64,000 nt of DNA, taken from the IMG/VR virus record IMGVR_UViG_3300032242_001941, positions 1 to 64,000 of that record, one strand, 5' to 3'. A model generated the notes under the pieces. The model was not told where the DNA came from, searched no databases, and saw only the letters and a program-made list of their open reading frames with translations. Origin of the DNA: a virus. The position numbers and the translations under genes were made by a program. Shown here piece after piece: positions 51,291 through 60,268 of the stretch (position 1 is the stretch's first letter; the number at the start of each line of letters is the position of its first letter).

Positions 51291-51599
51291 ATGTCACAAG
51301 CAGGAACTGTAACAAAAACACAAATTAATCAAGGTCTTGCCGAACCTCCTATGTTTAAAATTATCTATCTTAATGATAATGCCACACCAATGGAATTTGT
51401 AATTGATACGTTAATGGATTCATTTAATTATAGTTCAGAAACAGCTGAAAAAATTACCATGGACATTCACGAAGCCGGAAGTGCTGTGGTTGCTGTATTG
51501 CCTTATGAAATTGCCGAACAAAAAGGTATTGAAGTTACAGTGCAAGCCCGAAACAACAACTATCCTTTACAAGTCAAGCTAGAACCCGAAACAATTTAA
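51291..51599 (+). CDS. clpS: ClpS adaptor
   Basis: PPMFKIIYLNDNATPMEFV, IHEAGSAVV, YEIAEQK, YPL; own promoter 51209-51237. Confidence 0.92.
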   Translation: MSQAGTVTKTQINQGLAEPPMFKIIYLNDNATPMEFVIDTLMDSFNYSSETAEKITMDIHEAGSAVVAVLPYEIAEQKGIEVTVQARNNNYPLQVKLEPETI

Positions 51600-52387
51600 A
51601 AGTCAATTTCAATTCGACGAGGATAAAACACTCGCTGACACCAGTCGGTGTTGCCACGTCCCCTAGGATTGGAAATATATCTTATTCCTCCTAGGTTTTG
51701 ATCTACAGGCCTGTGATAGTGTCCAAAGCACCAGGTATGAATTTTTTGTTCAGTATCCTCGTCAATGGTGCGAGAAATATGACTGTTCCCCATGCCGTTA
51801 AATCTCCAGGTGTTGGCCAGATCAGGATCGTGTGCAATAACCCATGGTGCAGGAACGGTGTGACTAACCACAACAATGGCACCCACTTCCATATGGGTTT
51901 GTAATTTACGAACACTGTTCATCATATAAGATGCATCGTTGTAGGCCACGCCCATGATGTTTGTGGCGGTTGAATTATCAATACCAAAATGATCTTGTGT
52001 ATGTTGTATGCTAGCATCTACGCTTATGCTAGAATCAAAATCGTAGGTCCACCAAGCGTTGGTACCTAACAGAGCTACTCCGTTGACTATGATCACATTA
52101 TCCTGCATATAAACCACATTTTTTATAGATTTGATATCTTTAGCAAGGGCTCGATAACTAGCACCCAAATCGTCAAGATAATCTTTATGTTCTTCGTTAC
52201 CGTCGATATAAAAAACACCTCCAGGATAACATTGACCAAGGTGAGCCAGGGTGTCTAATAAACGTTGCCGGTCACGGGCTACATCACCGGCTACTACACA
52301 GTAAGGAGCCGTGGCTTGACTAGACCAATCAAAGTCGTTCCAAGTTTCAACGTGGAGGTCAGAAATTAAATCAAAAGCAAAAGTCAT
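51596..52387 (-). CDS. Calcineurin-like metallophosphoesterase
   Basis: SDLH, AGD, GNEEH, VSH.VP, FGHYH, NPRG. Confidence 0.88.
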   Translation of the reverse strand: MTFAFDLISDLHVETWNDFDWSSQATAPYCVVAGDVARDRQRLLDTLAHLGQCYPGGVFYIDGNEEHKDYLDDLGASYRALAKDIKSIKNVVYMQDNVIIVNGVALLGTNAWWTYDFDSSISVDASIQHTQDHFGIDNSTATNIMGVAYNDASYMMNSVRKLQTHMEVGAIVVVSHTVPAPWVIAHDPDLANTWRFNGMGNSHISRTIDEDTEQKIHTWCFGHYHRPVDQNLGGIRYISNPRGRGNTDWCQRVFYPRRIEIDF

Positions 52388-52411
52388 GATAACTATTTAC
52401 AAGGATCGCAT

Positions 52412-52762
52412 ATGAACATAATATTTAAAACCAATGCAACAAATATAGATGAAAAATATACAGTTTTAGACTTAGATACCTTTAGTTTACCTGACGGATC
52501 TTTACATACTGCCTGTTGTGTAGTTGAAAACATACCCGTTGCTGAATTTCCAATAATCACCCGGTTAAAAGAATTACACGTTAATCTTATAAGTAATTAT
52601 GGTAAACGCAATTGGAACTATTGCGAACAGGCCATTGAGCAACTTATGGGCAAATGGGGAGGCGAAGTAGACTCATTTTATCAAGAGTTAAACGCCCGTA
52701 TACAAAAACTTAAAACCCAAAATTTAGACGATTCCTGGAGCCCTGTTATACCAAAAGCCTAA
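52412..52762 (+). CDS. Stand-alone homologue of the cyclase C-terminal region
   Basis: Aligns by eye with the last ~120 aa of 57640..59691. Confidence 0.7.
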   Translation: MNIIFKTNATNIDEKYTVLDLDTFSLPDGSLHTACCVVENIPVAEFPIITRLKELHVNLISNYGKRNWNYCEQAIEQLMGKWGGEVDSFYQELNARIQKLKTQNLDDSWSPVIPKA

Positions 52763-52820
52763 ACAACAATCTTAAGATAAATACCCACATAATAATAAGA
52801 CTCTAAAAAAGGAGCTGGGT

Positions 52821-53102
52821 ATGAATGAAGTTTTTAAGATCATTGGAGATCTAGGATTTCCAGTAGCAGCCGCACTTGCAGGCGGTTATTTTGTATATCT
52901 CACAATCAAACTGTTATTAGCTGGCGTACTGTCAGCTGTTAAACAGATGGCTGGAATTATCACAGCCTTAGACAATCGTGTTAAAACTATGAATCACGAC
53001 GTTATCCGCATTGATACCGTTGTGAGTAATGCTTTGGGCTTACGCCCAGACGTAGAGCGCATAAGCCGCGCAGACGGTAAAAACGATGCAAGGAGAGACT
53101 GA
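52821..53102 (+). CDS. Small membrane protein, paralogue of 53665
   Basis: II.DLGFP TM then DNRVKTMNHDVIRID; AAGGAG SD. Confidence 0.8.
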   Translation: MNEVFKIIGDLGFPVAAALAGGYFVYLTIKLLLAGVLSAVKQMAGIITALDNRVKTMNHDVIRIDTVVSNALGLRPDVERISRADGKNDARRD

Positions 53103-53368
53103 TGTGGACTCGTGAAGAACGTCGTTGGGCAATAATGAATCGCAAAGAGTATATTGAACGTAATATGGCTATTTGTGATGAAGAAATTAAAACAAGAAAA
53201 CTTCAAAAGTTTCTAGGAGCTAAAACAATGGATTTTGATATTGAATATTTGGTCATACGCTTGCATGACATAGCCAGAGAAGTAGAACAACGTATTGGAT
53301 TTGGTGAATTAAGCAAAGACATTCGCAAGTGCGCTGATCGTTTAAGTAATATCAATAAGCCCGTATAA
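53102..53368 (+). CDS. Hypothetical protein (internal start at 53228 possible)
   Basis: Coupled ORF; AGGAG precedes the in-frame ATG at 53228. Confidence 0.55.
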   Translation: MWTREERRWAIMNRKEYIERNMAICDEEIKTRKLQKFLGAKTMDFDIEYLVIRLHDIAREVEQRIGFGELSKDIRKCADRLSNINKPV

Positions 53369-53562
53369 TGAAATACTACGACTACGAATGGGATTTAGAA
53401 CCTAATAGAATTTTATTAGATTCAGAACTTAACGTAAATGCACTAGGTTGGCAAACCGGCGACTATTTCAAAGTTTCTACTGTCAATGGTCGTGCTATGT
53501 TAGTCAAAGTAGATCCGTTAGAAAAATTCTTAAGAGATGGAGTTAGCAATGAAAAAACATAA
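53368..53562 (+). CDS. Hypothetical protein
   Basis: Coupled ORF; LGWQTGDYF resembles an AbrB-like beta pattern. Confidence 0.65.
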   Translation: MKYYDYEWDLEPNRILLDSELNVNALGWQTGDYFKVSTVNGRAMLVKVDPLEKFLRDGVSNEKT

Positions 53563-53665
53563 TCCATATAAATTACCACCGCATCAAATTTGGACTGATT
53601 GGGATCTAGCCAAGTTTGCTCTGATAGCATTTGTGGTCGGCATTGCGGTAGGAGCAATATTATAA
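53549..53665 (+). CDS. Small membrane protein (38 aa, not in ORF track)
   Basis: MKKHNPYKLPPHQIWTDWDLAKFALIAFVVGIAVGAIL; GGAG SD. Confidence 0.6.
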   Translation: MKKHNPYKLPPHQIWTDWDLAKFALIAFVVGIAVGAIL

Positions 53666-53949
53666 TGGGCGGCCTAGCAGAAATTATCAGCAAGTACGGA
53701 TTCCCAATGGTCATGGCAGTTGGCATGGGCTTTATCATACGCATGGTCTGGGAATGGTGTACCAAGGAAATCAAACCAGTTATCAATGATGCCAACGCAG
53801 TTCTTATTGGTCTTATTGATCGCATCCGTATGTTGGACAATGATTTGATTCGGTTGAATCAAAAAGTTAATACTGTGTTGCATCTACGTGGCAAAAGTAT
53901 TGATCACGAGCGTGTAGAAGCTGAACAACAGATCAACGAAAAATCGTAA
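53665..53949 (+). CDS. Small membrane protein, paralogue of 52821
   Basis: IISKYGFP TM then DRIRMLDNDLIRLN; AGGAG SD. Confidence 0.8.
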   Translation: MGGLAEIISKYGFPMVMAVGMGFIIRMVWEWCTKEIKPVINDANAVLIGLIDRIRMLDNDLIRLNQKVNTVLHLRGKSIDHERVEAEQQINEKS

Positions 53950-54002
53950 TACCGCCACTTAATATCTGTAAAAAACTATTAAATAATAGTAGGAGCTAGA
54001 GT

Positions 54003-54494
54003 ATGAAAAAAATAATAATAATAACTCTCTTAGCTTCTGCGCCTGCGTTTGTCACGGCTGCAGAACTACAACACTATTTTAGTAGCCCGGCCTTTAGCGG
54101 CGTTGGATACAGTAGCCATGTCTTGACTTTACAACAGCTAGAAACTCAACAAAAAGAAAAAAATAAATTGGCCGCAGATGCTATTGCAGCCAAAGCAGCC
54201 GCAGATGCTGCAAATACTCCACAGGCTAGATTTTTAGCCAACATTGAAAGTAGAGTCTATGCTCAACTAGCCAAACAAATTACCGATAGTTTGTTTGGTA
54301 CAGACGGTGTGCCTAGTTGTAAAGCAGTAAATCCTTACAGTCAGTGCGGATCTGTAAACATAGCGGGCAATGATATCACTTGGCGCCTGGGCGACCCAGC
54401 AAACGCCAGCGAAAAAGGCATGTTAGTAATCAACATTGCTGGTGCCACCGGCAACGTTCAAATGATGGTGCCATCTGGAACCTTTGCTTTTTAA
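54003..54494 (+). CDS. csgF: Curli assembly protein CsgF-like
   Basis: Signal peptide then ELQHYFSSPAFSG.G (cf. CsgF F.F.NP.FGG) and F..NIESR.YAQLAKQI...LFG. Confidence 0.75.
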   Translation: MKKIIIITLLASAPAFVTAAELQHYFSSPAFSGVGYSSHVLTLQQLETQQKEKNKLAADAIAAKAAADAANTPQARFLANIESRVYAQLAKQITDSLFGTDGVPSCKAVNPYSQCGSVNIAGNDITWRLGDPANASEKGMLVINIAGATGNVQMMVPSGTFAF

Positions 54495-54503
54495 GAAAAA
54501 TAT

Positions 54504-55319
54504 ATGAAACATACCGTAATTTCCTTGCTTGCAATTGCTTTATTAGGTGGATGTGCCATTGGCAGTGGTATCCGCGAACAGCTGACAAACAAGCAGTTTG
54601 ACGAACCAGTGATAGAAAAAAGTATTGTATTAGCACAGCCAAAAAATCAACTAGCACCACCGGCAGATGGACCTATTGCTGTGGCTGTGTACGGATTCCA
54701 AGATAAAACAGGGCAACGCAAAAGTCAACTTGCTGTGGCCAGTTTAAGCAGTGCTGTAACACAAGGCGGCGAAAGTTACTTGATTAAAGCCTTACAAGAT
54801 GTAGGCGATGGCCGCTGGTTCACTGTGGTAGAAAGAGTTGGGCTAGACAACCTAATCAAAGAACGACAAATGATTCGCCAGGGTCGCGAACAGTATCAAG
54901 GACGTGATGCTAAACCGTTACCGCCAATGGTATTTGCCGGAATGATTGTGGAAGGTGCTATTGTGGGCTATGATTCAAATACTCTTACAGGTGGCGCCGG
55001 TATGCGTATCTTTGGTATTGGCGGCCAAACACAGTATCAAAGTGATACAGTCACGATTAGTTTGAGAACAGTCAGTGTTCTTACTGGAGAAGTATTGACC
55101 ACAGTTACAGTTACAAAAACTGTGTTGAGTTACATGGATAAATTTACAGTATTGAGATTTATCAATGACGGAACTAACTCCTTAGAATCAGAAATAGGAG
55201 GTAGTATAAACGAAAGTATTAACCGAGCAACAAGCGCAGCCATACAAGCCGCAGTGGTTGATACGATTCGTGAAGGTGCTCGTAAAGGACACTGGAATTT
55301 TAAAGAAGTAAAAAAATAA
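54504..55319 (+). CDS. csgG: Curli secretion pore CsgG-like lipoprotein
   Basis: Lipobox LGGC, VAVYGFQDKTGQRK, SSAVTQG, WF.VVER.GLDNL.KERQ.IR, GYDSN..TGG.G. Confidence 0.92.
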   Translation: MKHTVISLLAIALLGGCAIGSGIREQLTNKQFDEPVIEKSIVLAQPKNQLAPPADGPIAVAVYGFQDKTGQRKSQLAVASLSSAVTQGGESYLIKALQDVGDGRWFTVVERVGLDNLIKERQMIRQGREQYQGRDAKPLPPMVFAGMIVEGAIVGYDSNTLTGGAGMRIFGIGGQTQYQSDTVTISLRTVSVLTGEVLTTVTVTKTVLSYMDKFTVLRFINDGTNSLESEIGGSINESINRATSAAIQAAVVDTIREGARKGHWNFKEVKK

Positions 55320-55369
55320 CAATAAAAAATAGGAGCTTAGATTGGGGATAACCCAACTTTGAACAAACA

Positions 55370-56167
55370 ATGAAAACAAACAAATTAAATACAGCCTATA
55401 CAATATTTGCTGTGTTGGCATTTGTTTCATTAAATGCAGCCGCACAAAATGCGGCCACTGGACCTAACAAGGTTTACCTGGAACAGATTGGTAGCACTAA
55501 TACCATCACAGTTCAACAGGTTGGCGGCACTAACAATGTTGGCGGCACCGGCGGCAATGTAACAGTAGATACCAATGGCGTAACTACTTTTACACCCGAT
55601 GCCCCTGGCAGTACTAACTATGCTACAATCACGGGTGCTAACAATGTGGTTGGACTTAGTCAGACTGGTAGTAACAACACGGCTCAGTACAATATCACTG
55701 GCAGTAACAATACCTATAACAGTACTGTGGCTGGCAATAACAATCAAACTCGTTTGATCATGGGTGGTGCCAATGCCACAGCCAATTACAATACTGTAAC
55801 AGAAACAGTTACTGGCAGTAATAACTTGATATTACAAAACGTTCAAGGCAGTAATGTGGTCAGTGGTATTGGAATTGTTGGCAGTACCAACCAAGTGACT
55901 ACTGATTTATTAAGTAACCGCGGAAGTTCTAATATACAAATCACTGGCAGTACCAACGTGATCAATGCTGAACAGACGGGCGGTGCTGGTGCCAATGGGC
56001 ACATATTGATTAATAATGTGATAGGCGACTATAACAGTATTACCACCCAGCAACAGGGTTCTATTGATACAACAATCGATCTTAAGACCACAGGTAGTTT
56101 CAATACCGTCACGGTACGGTCCAGCGACTCGGCCATTGTCAATTCAAGAACTGCTGTAGCAAGGTAA
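55370..56167 (+). CDS. Curlin-like repeat protein
   Basis: Signal peptide; repeated (Q/I)xGxxN strands; Asn/Thr/Gly-rich. Confidence 0.75.
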   Translation: MKTNKLNTAYTIFAVLAFVSLNAAAQNAATGPNKVYLEQIGSTNTITVQQVGGTNNVGGTGGNVTVDTNGVTTFTPDAPGSTNYATITGANNVVGLSQTGSNNTAQYNITGSNNTYNSTVAGNNNQTRLIMGGANATANYNTVTETVTGSNNLILQNVQGSNVVSGIGIVGSTNQVTTDLLSNRGSSNIQITGSTNVINAEQTGGAGANGHILINNVIGDYNSITTQQQGSIDTTIDLKTTGSFNTVTVRSSDSAIVNSRTAVAR

Positions 56168-56168
56168 T

Positions 56169-57269
56169 ATGCAGAAACTAATCACAGCCCTTTGCGTTAT
56201 GGTTGTATGTAACGCCTGGGCTGGCATTGGCACGGTTTCAGAACACAAAGGTACAGCCTGCGAGATCACACGAGACAAAAATAAATTATCTGGGCACAAA
56301 GATGCCATAGTTGAAAGTATGGACACATATACCACCGGTGCATGTGTCAGCAACATTACATTTAAAGATGACACAAAGGTTCGCATAACTGAGAACAGTC
56401 GCTTGCTTATTGATGATTTTGTATTTGATCCCAAGGCCAGCGATGCCGGCAAACTGGCTCTTAAAGTGAGCGCAGGCACTGTGCGCTATGCGTCGGGCCA
56501 GATTGCTAAAAATAGTCCACAAAAAGTAAATATTCAAACGCCAACAGCCACAGTGGCAGTTCGTGGTACTGATTTTACCATGACCGTTGACGAAGCTGGA
56601 CAAAGTCTGATAATGTTAATACCTAGTTGTAAAGATATCAACGAAGTTAAACAATATGAATTAGAAGAGAATAGATGCAAAGTTGGACGTATCGAAGTAA
56701 GCACTCTTGCTGGGTCAGTGGTCTTAGACCAAGCATTTGAAGCAACCTATGTTATGAGTGCTCTAATGGCACCAACTCCACCTATTGTTGTCAACACTGT
56801 TGAAAGTAAAATTAATAATAATCTTATTATTGTTAAACCTGTTGAAGTTCAACGAGCTATTAAAGAAGCAACAAAAACCAAACAAGAACAAGAACTTGAC
56901 GACATCGAAGCCGACGCGGCTCGACGACTAGCACAGGCTGTGGCCAAATCCGCCGAAGCCATTGAGGAAGCTCGTGTTTCCAAGTTTGTTGACCTTGCCA
57001 AACGGTCTGGGTGTAATTCTGCTACCAGTGTCTGTGTGATATGGGATAGACCGTCTGAAACAGAAATGATCAGTCGTGGACGTGGTATTGCATTCCGCCT
57101 AACAGAAAATGAGCATTATGCCGAAGTCAAGACACTTGGGTATGTATCCAACACCACAATTAACATTACACATAATGATATGCCATCATCGATCACTATC
57201 GGCGATGGCTCTCCTGGTGGAACTATTGTAACTATTAAACAAAACAATGGAGTATTAAAGTCTAAGTAG
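56169..57269 (+). CDS. Secreted FecR-domain protein
   Basis: Signal peptide; ITF.DDT.V.ITENS.L.IDDFVFDP, G.VRY.SG.IAK, TPTATVAVRGTDF. Confidence 0.85.
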   Translation: MQKLITALCVMVVCNAWAGIGTVSEHKGTACEITRDKNKLSGHKDAIVESMDTYTTGACVSNITFKDDTKVRITENSRLLIDDFVFDPKASDAGKLALKVSAGTVRYASGQIAKNSPQKVNIQTPTATVAVRGTDFTMTVDEAGQSLIMLIPSCKDINEVKQYELEENRCKVGRIEVSTLAGSVVLDQAFEATYVMSALMAPTPPIVVNTVESKINNNLIIVKPVEVQRAIKEATKTKQEQELDDIEADAARRLAQAVAKSAEAIEEARVSKFVDLAKRSGCNSATSVCVIWDRPSETEMISRGRGIAFRLTENEHYAEVKTLGYVSNTTINITHNDMPSSITIGDGSPGGTIVTIKQNNGVLKSK

Positions 57270-57364
57270 CCCAAGAGTGTATACGTAGTTTATTTTTTAA
57301 TGGGCAGTACTTAAATACTATGCAGGCATATTATAACTATAACAAGCCGGCTACGCAGGATTTT

Positions 57365-57393
57365 ATACCCACTTTACAGTGGGTATTTTTTTT
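57365..57393 (+). terminator. Rho-independent terminator
   Basis: ATACCCACT-TTAC-AGTGGGTAT+T7. Confidence 0.85.
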
Positions 57394-57422
57394 GTTAAAT
57401 ACTAGTCATACCGGAGATACAA

Positions 57423-57647
57423 ATGACTGACTTTTTTAAACCCGATCCAAGAATTACTGACCCTGCACTAAGAGATTTAGAAAAAAAAGTGCATTGGCTT
57501 ATGTCACAAATTTATGCCGGAAGCTGGGCGCAGATGTGTAGTGATGCAGGGCTCGATTGTAATACCGTGTATAATACATTTCCAGATAATTTTGATATAA
57601 ACAATATTAGACCAGACGCAGAAGAAGTTCAAAATAACGATGCTTAA
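57423..57647 (+). CDS. Hypothetical protein
   Basis: GGAG SD; overlaps the cyclase start. Confidence 0.65.
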   Translation: MTDFFKPDPRITDPALRDLEKKVHWLMSQIYAGSWAQMCSDAGLDCNTVYNTFPDNFDINNIRPDAEEVQNNDA

Positions 57648-59691
57648 AAAAATCTTAACAAGTCCGTGGACTGCTCTATTGACGCTGGCCTTAGTAGTGG
57701 GGTTACGGGTAGCAGACCCTACATTTGTTGAAAGCGTTCGTCTACGCTATTTTGATACGCTTATAACTAGTAAGCCTGCAGAAGTTATAGGTGTTAGTGT
57801 TGTAAACATTGATGAAAAGGCATTAGAAAAATATGGACAATTTCCTTTCTCCCGCGATCAGTACGCTGCCATCGTCCGGGATTTATATCGCCGCAATGCT
57901 GGTCTTGTTGTTTTTAACATCCTTACTCCTGATCGCGATCGCATGGGGCATGATGCAGAATACATCCAAGCCCTTCGCCAGTATCCAACAATTCTCCCTA
58001 ACATTGGGTCGCAAACTTCTCGTAATACTCCAAAAGCTCCTGGCTCAGTAGTCATAGGCCCATTTGGTCTAGATGCCTTTGTTACCTATCCTGGTATTAT
58101 TGCTAACCAACCTGCTATTGAAAATGCCGCAGTCGGTGTTGGTATTGTAAATACCTTGCCAGAAGTAGACGGTGTCGTTCGTCGCATGCCAATGGTAGTA
58201 GCATATGATGGCAAGTTGTACCCGAGCCTTGCTATGGAAACACTTCGAGTAGCTGGCGCCGACACCACTTTCCAAGTGAAGATCAACGAAACAGGCGTTG
58301 AGAAAATGCGCATTCCAAAGTTTGGAGCTATTACAACAGATTCATTGAGCCGTATTTGGGTTGACTGGTCACTGGTACCAAGTAAATATGGTTTAACGGA
58401 CTTGCCAAAAGATTTTGAAGGTGAAATTGTTATTGTTGGTGTATCAGCACAAGGACTTGCAAACCCTGTAGCTACAAGCCTTGGCGAAATGCTACCACAA
58501 GATTTACAAGCAAGTGTATTGGGTACTGTAATTGCCAATAGAGATCGTCCGGCAATTACTCGCCCAGATTGGGCCGATGGTGCAGAAATTGTATTTGTCG
58601 TTACGGCAGGTATTGTATTGTTATTTTTATCAAGGTGGGTTTATGTTGGACTTTGTTCATCTGTTTTTATACTCGGCGGGAGTATATTGCTGTCTCGTTG
58701 GGCTTATGGAAATTACGCTTGGCTTGTGGACGCGACTATTCCAGTCGTTGGCCTTGGCCTTGTGCTTCTTCATGCTTATGGTGTTAAGTTCGTAAGTGAG
58801 TTTTTACAAAAGCAAGCAATCAAGAAACAGTTTGCTGGCTACTGCTCCAAAGAAGTAGTGGAGCTATTGCAAAAAGATCCAGACCTAATCAAACGCGGTG
58901 TGCGCAAAGATGTCAGTGTCATGTTCTCAGACCTACGTGGCTTTACTCCTATCGGTGAACACTATGGTGATGATGTTGCTGGACTTGGAAAATATATGAA
59001 CGGTTATATGGATAGCATTAGTTGTCCTATTCTAGATAACAAAGGTATGATTATTAAGTATGTAGGTGATGCATCGATGCACATACACGGCGCTCCTATT
59101 GAAGATCCTAATCACGCACATACTATTGTTAAGGTAGGACTTGAGATGTTAGATGCTGTGGATGAATACACTAAACTAATGGAAGCACAAGGATTACCTC
59201 CTGCCGCAATGGGTTGGGGTTGTAACTCAGGTATTGGCTTTATTGGTGAAATGGGAAGCACAGATAGACACAGCTATGACATCTTAGGTGACATGGTTTC
59301 AACAGCTGCACGACTAGAAGCACGTTGTAAGGCCTATGGTGTGTTATGTATTATTGGTGCTGAAACATACAATAGAACTCGAGACGATTTCTTTTACTTG
59401 TTACTAGACAACTTGCAACCAAAAGGCAAAACAGTAGCAGACTTAATCTATACAGTATTACGTACTAAAGGTGTAGACTACAGTAAAGATAAGGCACAAC
59501 ACGAAAAAATGCATGACTTGTACCGAGCTAAAAAGTTTGATGAAGCCGCCGCTATGTGTACTAAAATGAAAGGCACCTTTGGCGGGCAGATGGACAAGTA
59601 CTACAAGATATGGATTGAACGTTGCGAGTTTATGAAAGAACAAAATTTACCAGATAACTGGAATGGCGAATTTGTGGCACACGAAAAATAG
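57640..59691 (+). CDS. CHASE2-domain class III adenylate/guanylate cyclase
   Basis: N-terminal TM, IDEKAL..YGQFPFSR and DGVVRR.P (CHASE2), three TMs, FSDLRGFT, KYVGDA, GEMGS..R..Y..LGD.V..AARLE. Confidence 0.93.
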   Translation: MLKKILTSPWTALLTLALVVGLRVADPTFVESVRLRYFDTLITSKPAEVIGVSVVNIDEKALEKYGQFPFSRDQYAAIVRDLYRRNAGLVVFNILTPDRDRMGHDAEYIQALRQYPTILPNIGSQTSRNTPKAPGSVVIGPFGLDAFVTYPGIIANQPAIENAAVGVGIVNTLPEVDGVVRRMPMVVAYDGKLYPSLAMETLRVAGADTTFQVKINETGVEKMRIPKFGAITTDSLSRIWVDWSLVPSKYGLTDLPKDFEGEIVIVGVSAQGLANPVATSLGEMLPQDLQASVLGTVIANRDRPAITRPDWADGAEIVFVVTAGIVLLFLSRWVYVGLCSSVFILGGSILLSRWAYGNYAWLVDATIPVVGLGLVLLHAYGVKFVSEFLQKQAIKKQFAGYCSKEVVELLQKDPDLIKRGVRKDVSVMFSDLRGFTPIGEHYGDDVAGLGKYMNGYMDSISCPILDNKGMIIKYVGDASMHIHGAPIEDPNHAHTIVKVGLEMLDAVDEYTKLMEAQGLPPAAMGWGCNSGIGFIGEMGSTDRHSYDILGDMVSTAARLEARCKAYGVLCIIGAETYNRTRDDFFYLLLDNLQPKGKTVADLIYTVLRTKGVDYSKDKAQHEKMHDLYRAKKFDEAAAMCTKMKGTFGGQMDKYYKIWIERCEFMKEQNLPDNWNGEFVAHEK

Positions 59692-59743
59692 CCCTATAGT
59701 TAAACTTTAGAGGGGTTGTAAAAAGGTCATAATTAATGTTTAT

Positions 59744-60268
59744 ATGACCCGCACTATTCACAAATATCAATTACATCCATTTTGGGATGATGAATACAAA
59801 CATTTATCCTATGTTCATGAATCATTTAATGATCCTGAATTAACTAACACTTGGTTGGCCCAGGGTTATCCTGATCAATTTACCGGCGACATGTGTGATA
59901 TGCGCAGTCCACAACCCACGTGGAATCAACGATTTGTGGACATCTTTCGAGGGCAAGGGTGGCGAGACGTTGGTACCAGTTATTATCGAATGAATACTGG
60001 TACAGTATTACCTACTCACAGTGACTTATACCTAAAATACATCGAACTTTTTAACTTACGAGGTCGCGAACATACCATACGCCGTGCTATAATATTTTTA
60101 GAAGATTGGCAACCGGGCCACTATGCTGAATATCGAAATATTGCCTATGTGAATTGGCGAGCCGGTGCCACAATTGAATGGACATATGATACTCCACACA
60201 TGGCAGCTAATTTAGGATTAACTCCAAGATACACTTTACAAATAACAGGACACATAGATGGTCAATAG
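59744..60268 (+). CDS. 2OG-Fe(II) oxygenase/cupin-like protein
   Basis: LPTHSD (HxD), distal PHMAAN, RYTLQITG. Confidence 0.7.
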   Translation: MTRTIHKYQLHPFWDDEYKHLSYVHESFNDPELTNTWLAQGYPDQFTGDMCDMRSPQPTWNQRFVDIFRGQGWRDVGTSYYRMNTGTVLPTHSDLYLKYIELFNLRGREHTIRRAIIFLEDWQPGHYAEYRNIAYVNWRAGATIEWTYDTPHMAANLGLTPRYTLQITGHIDGQ

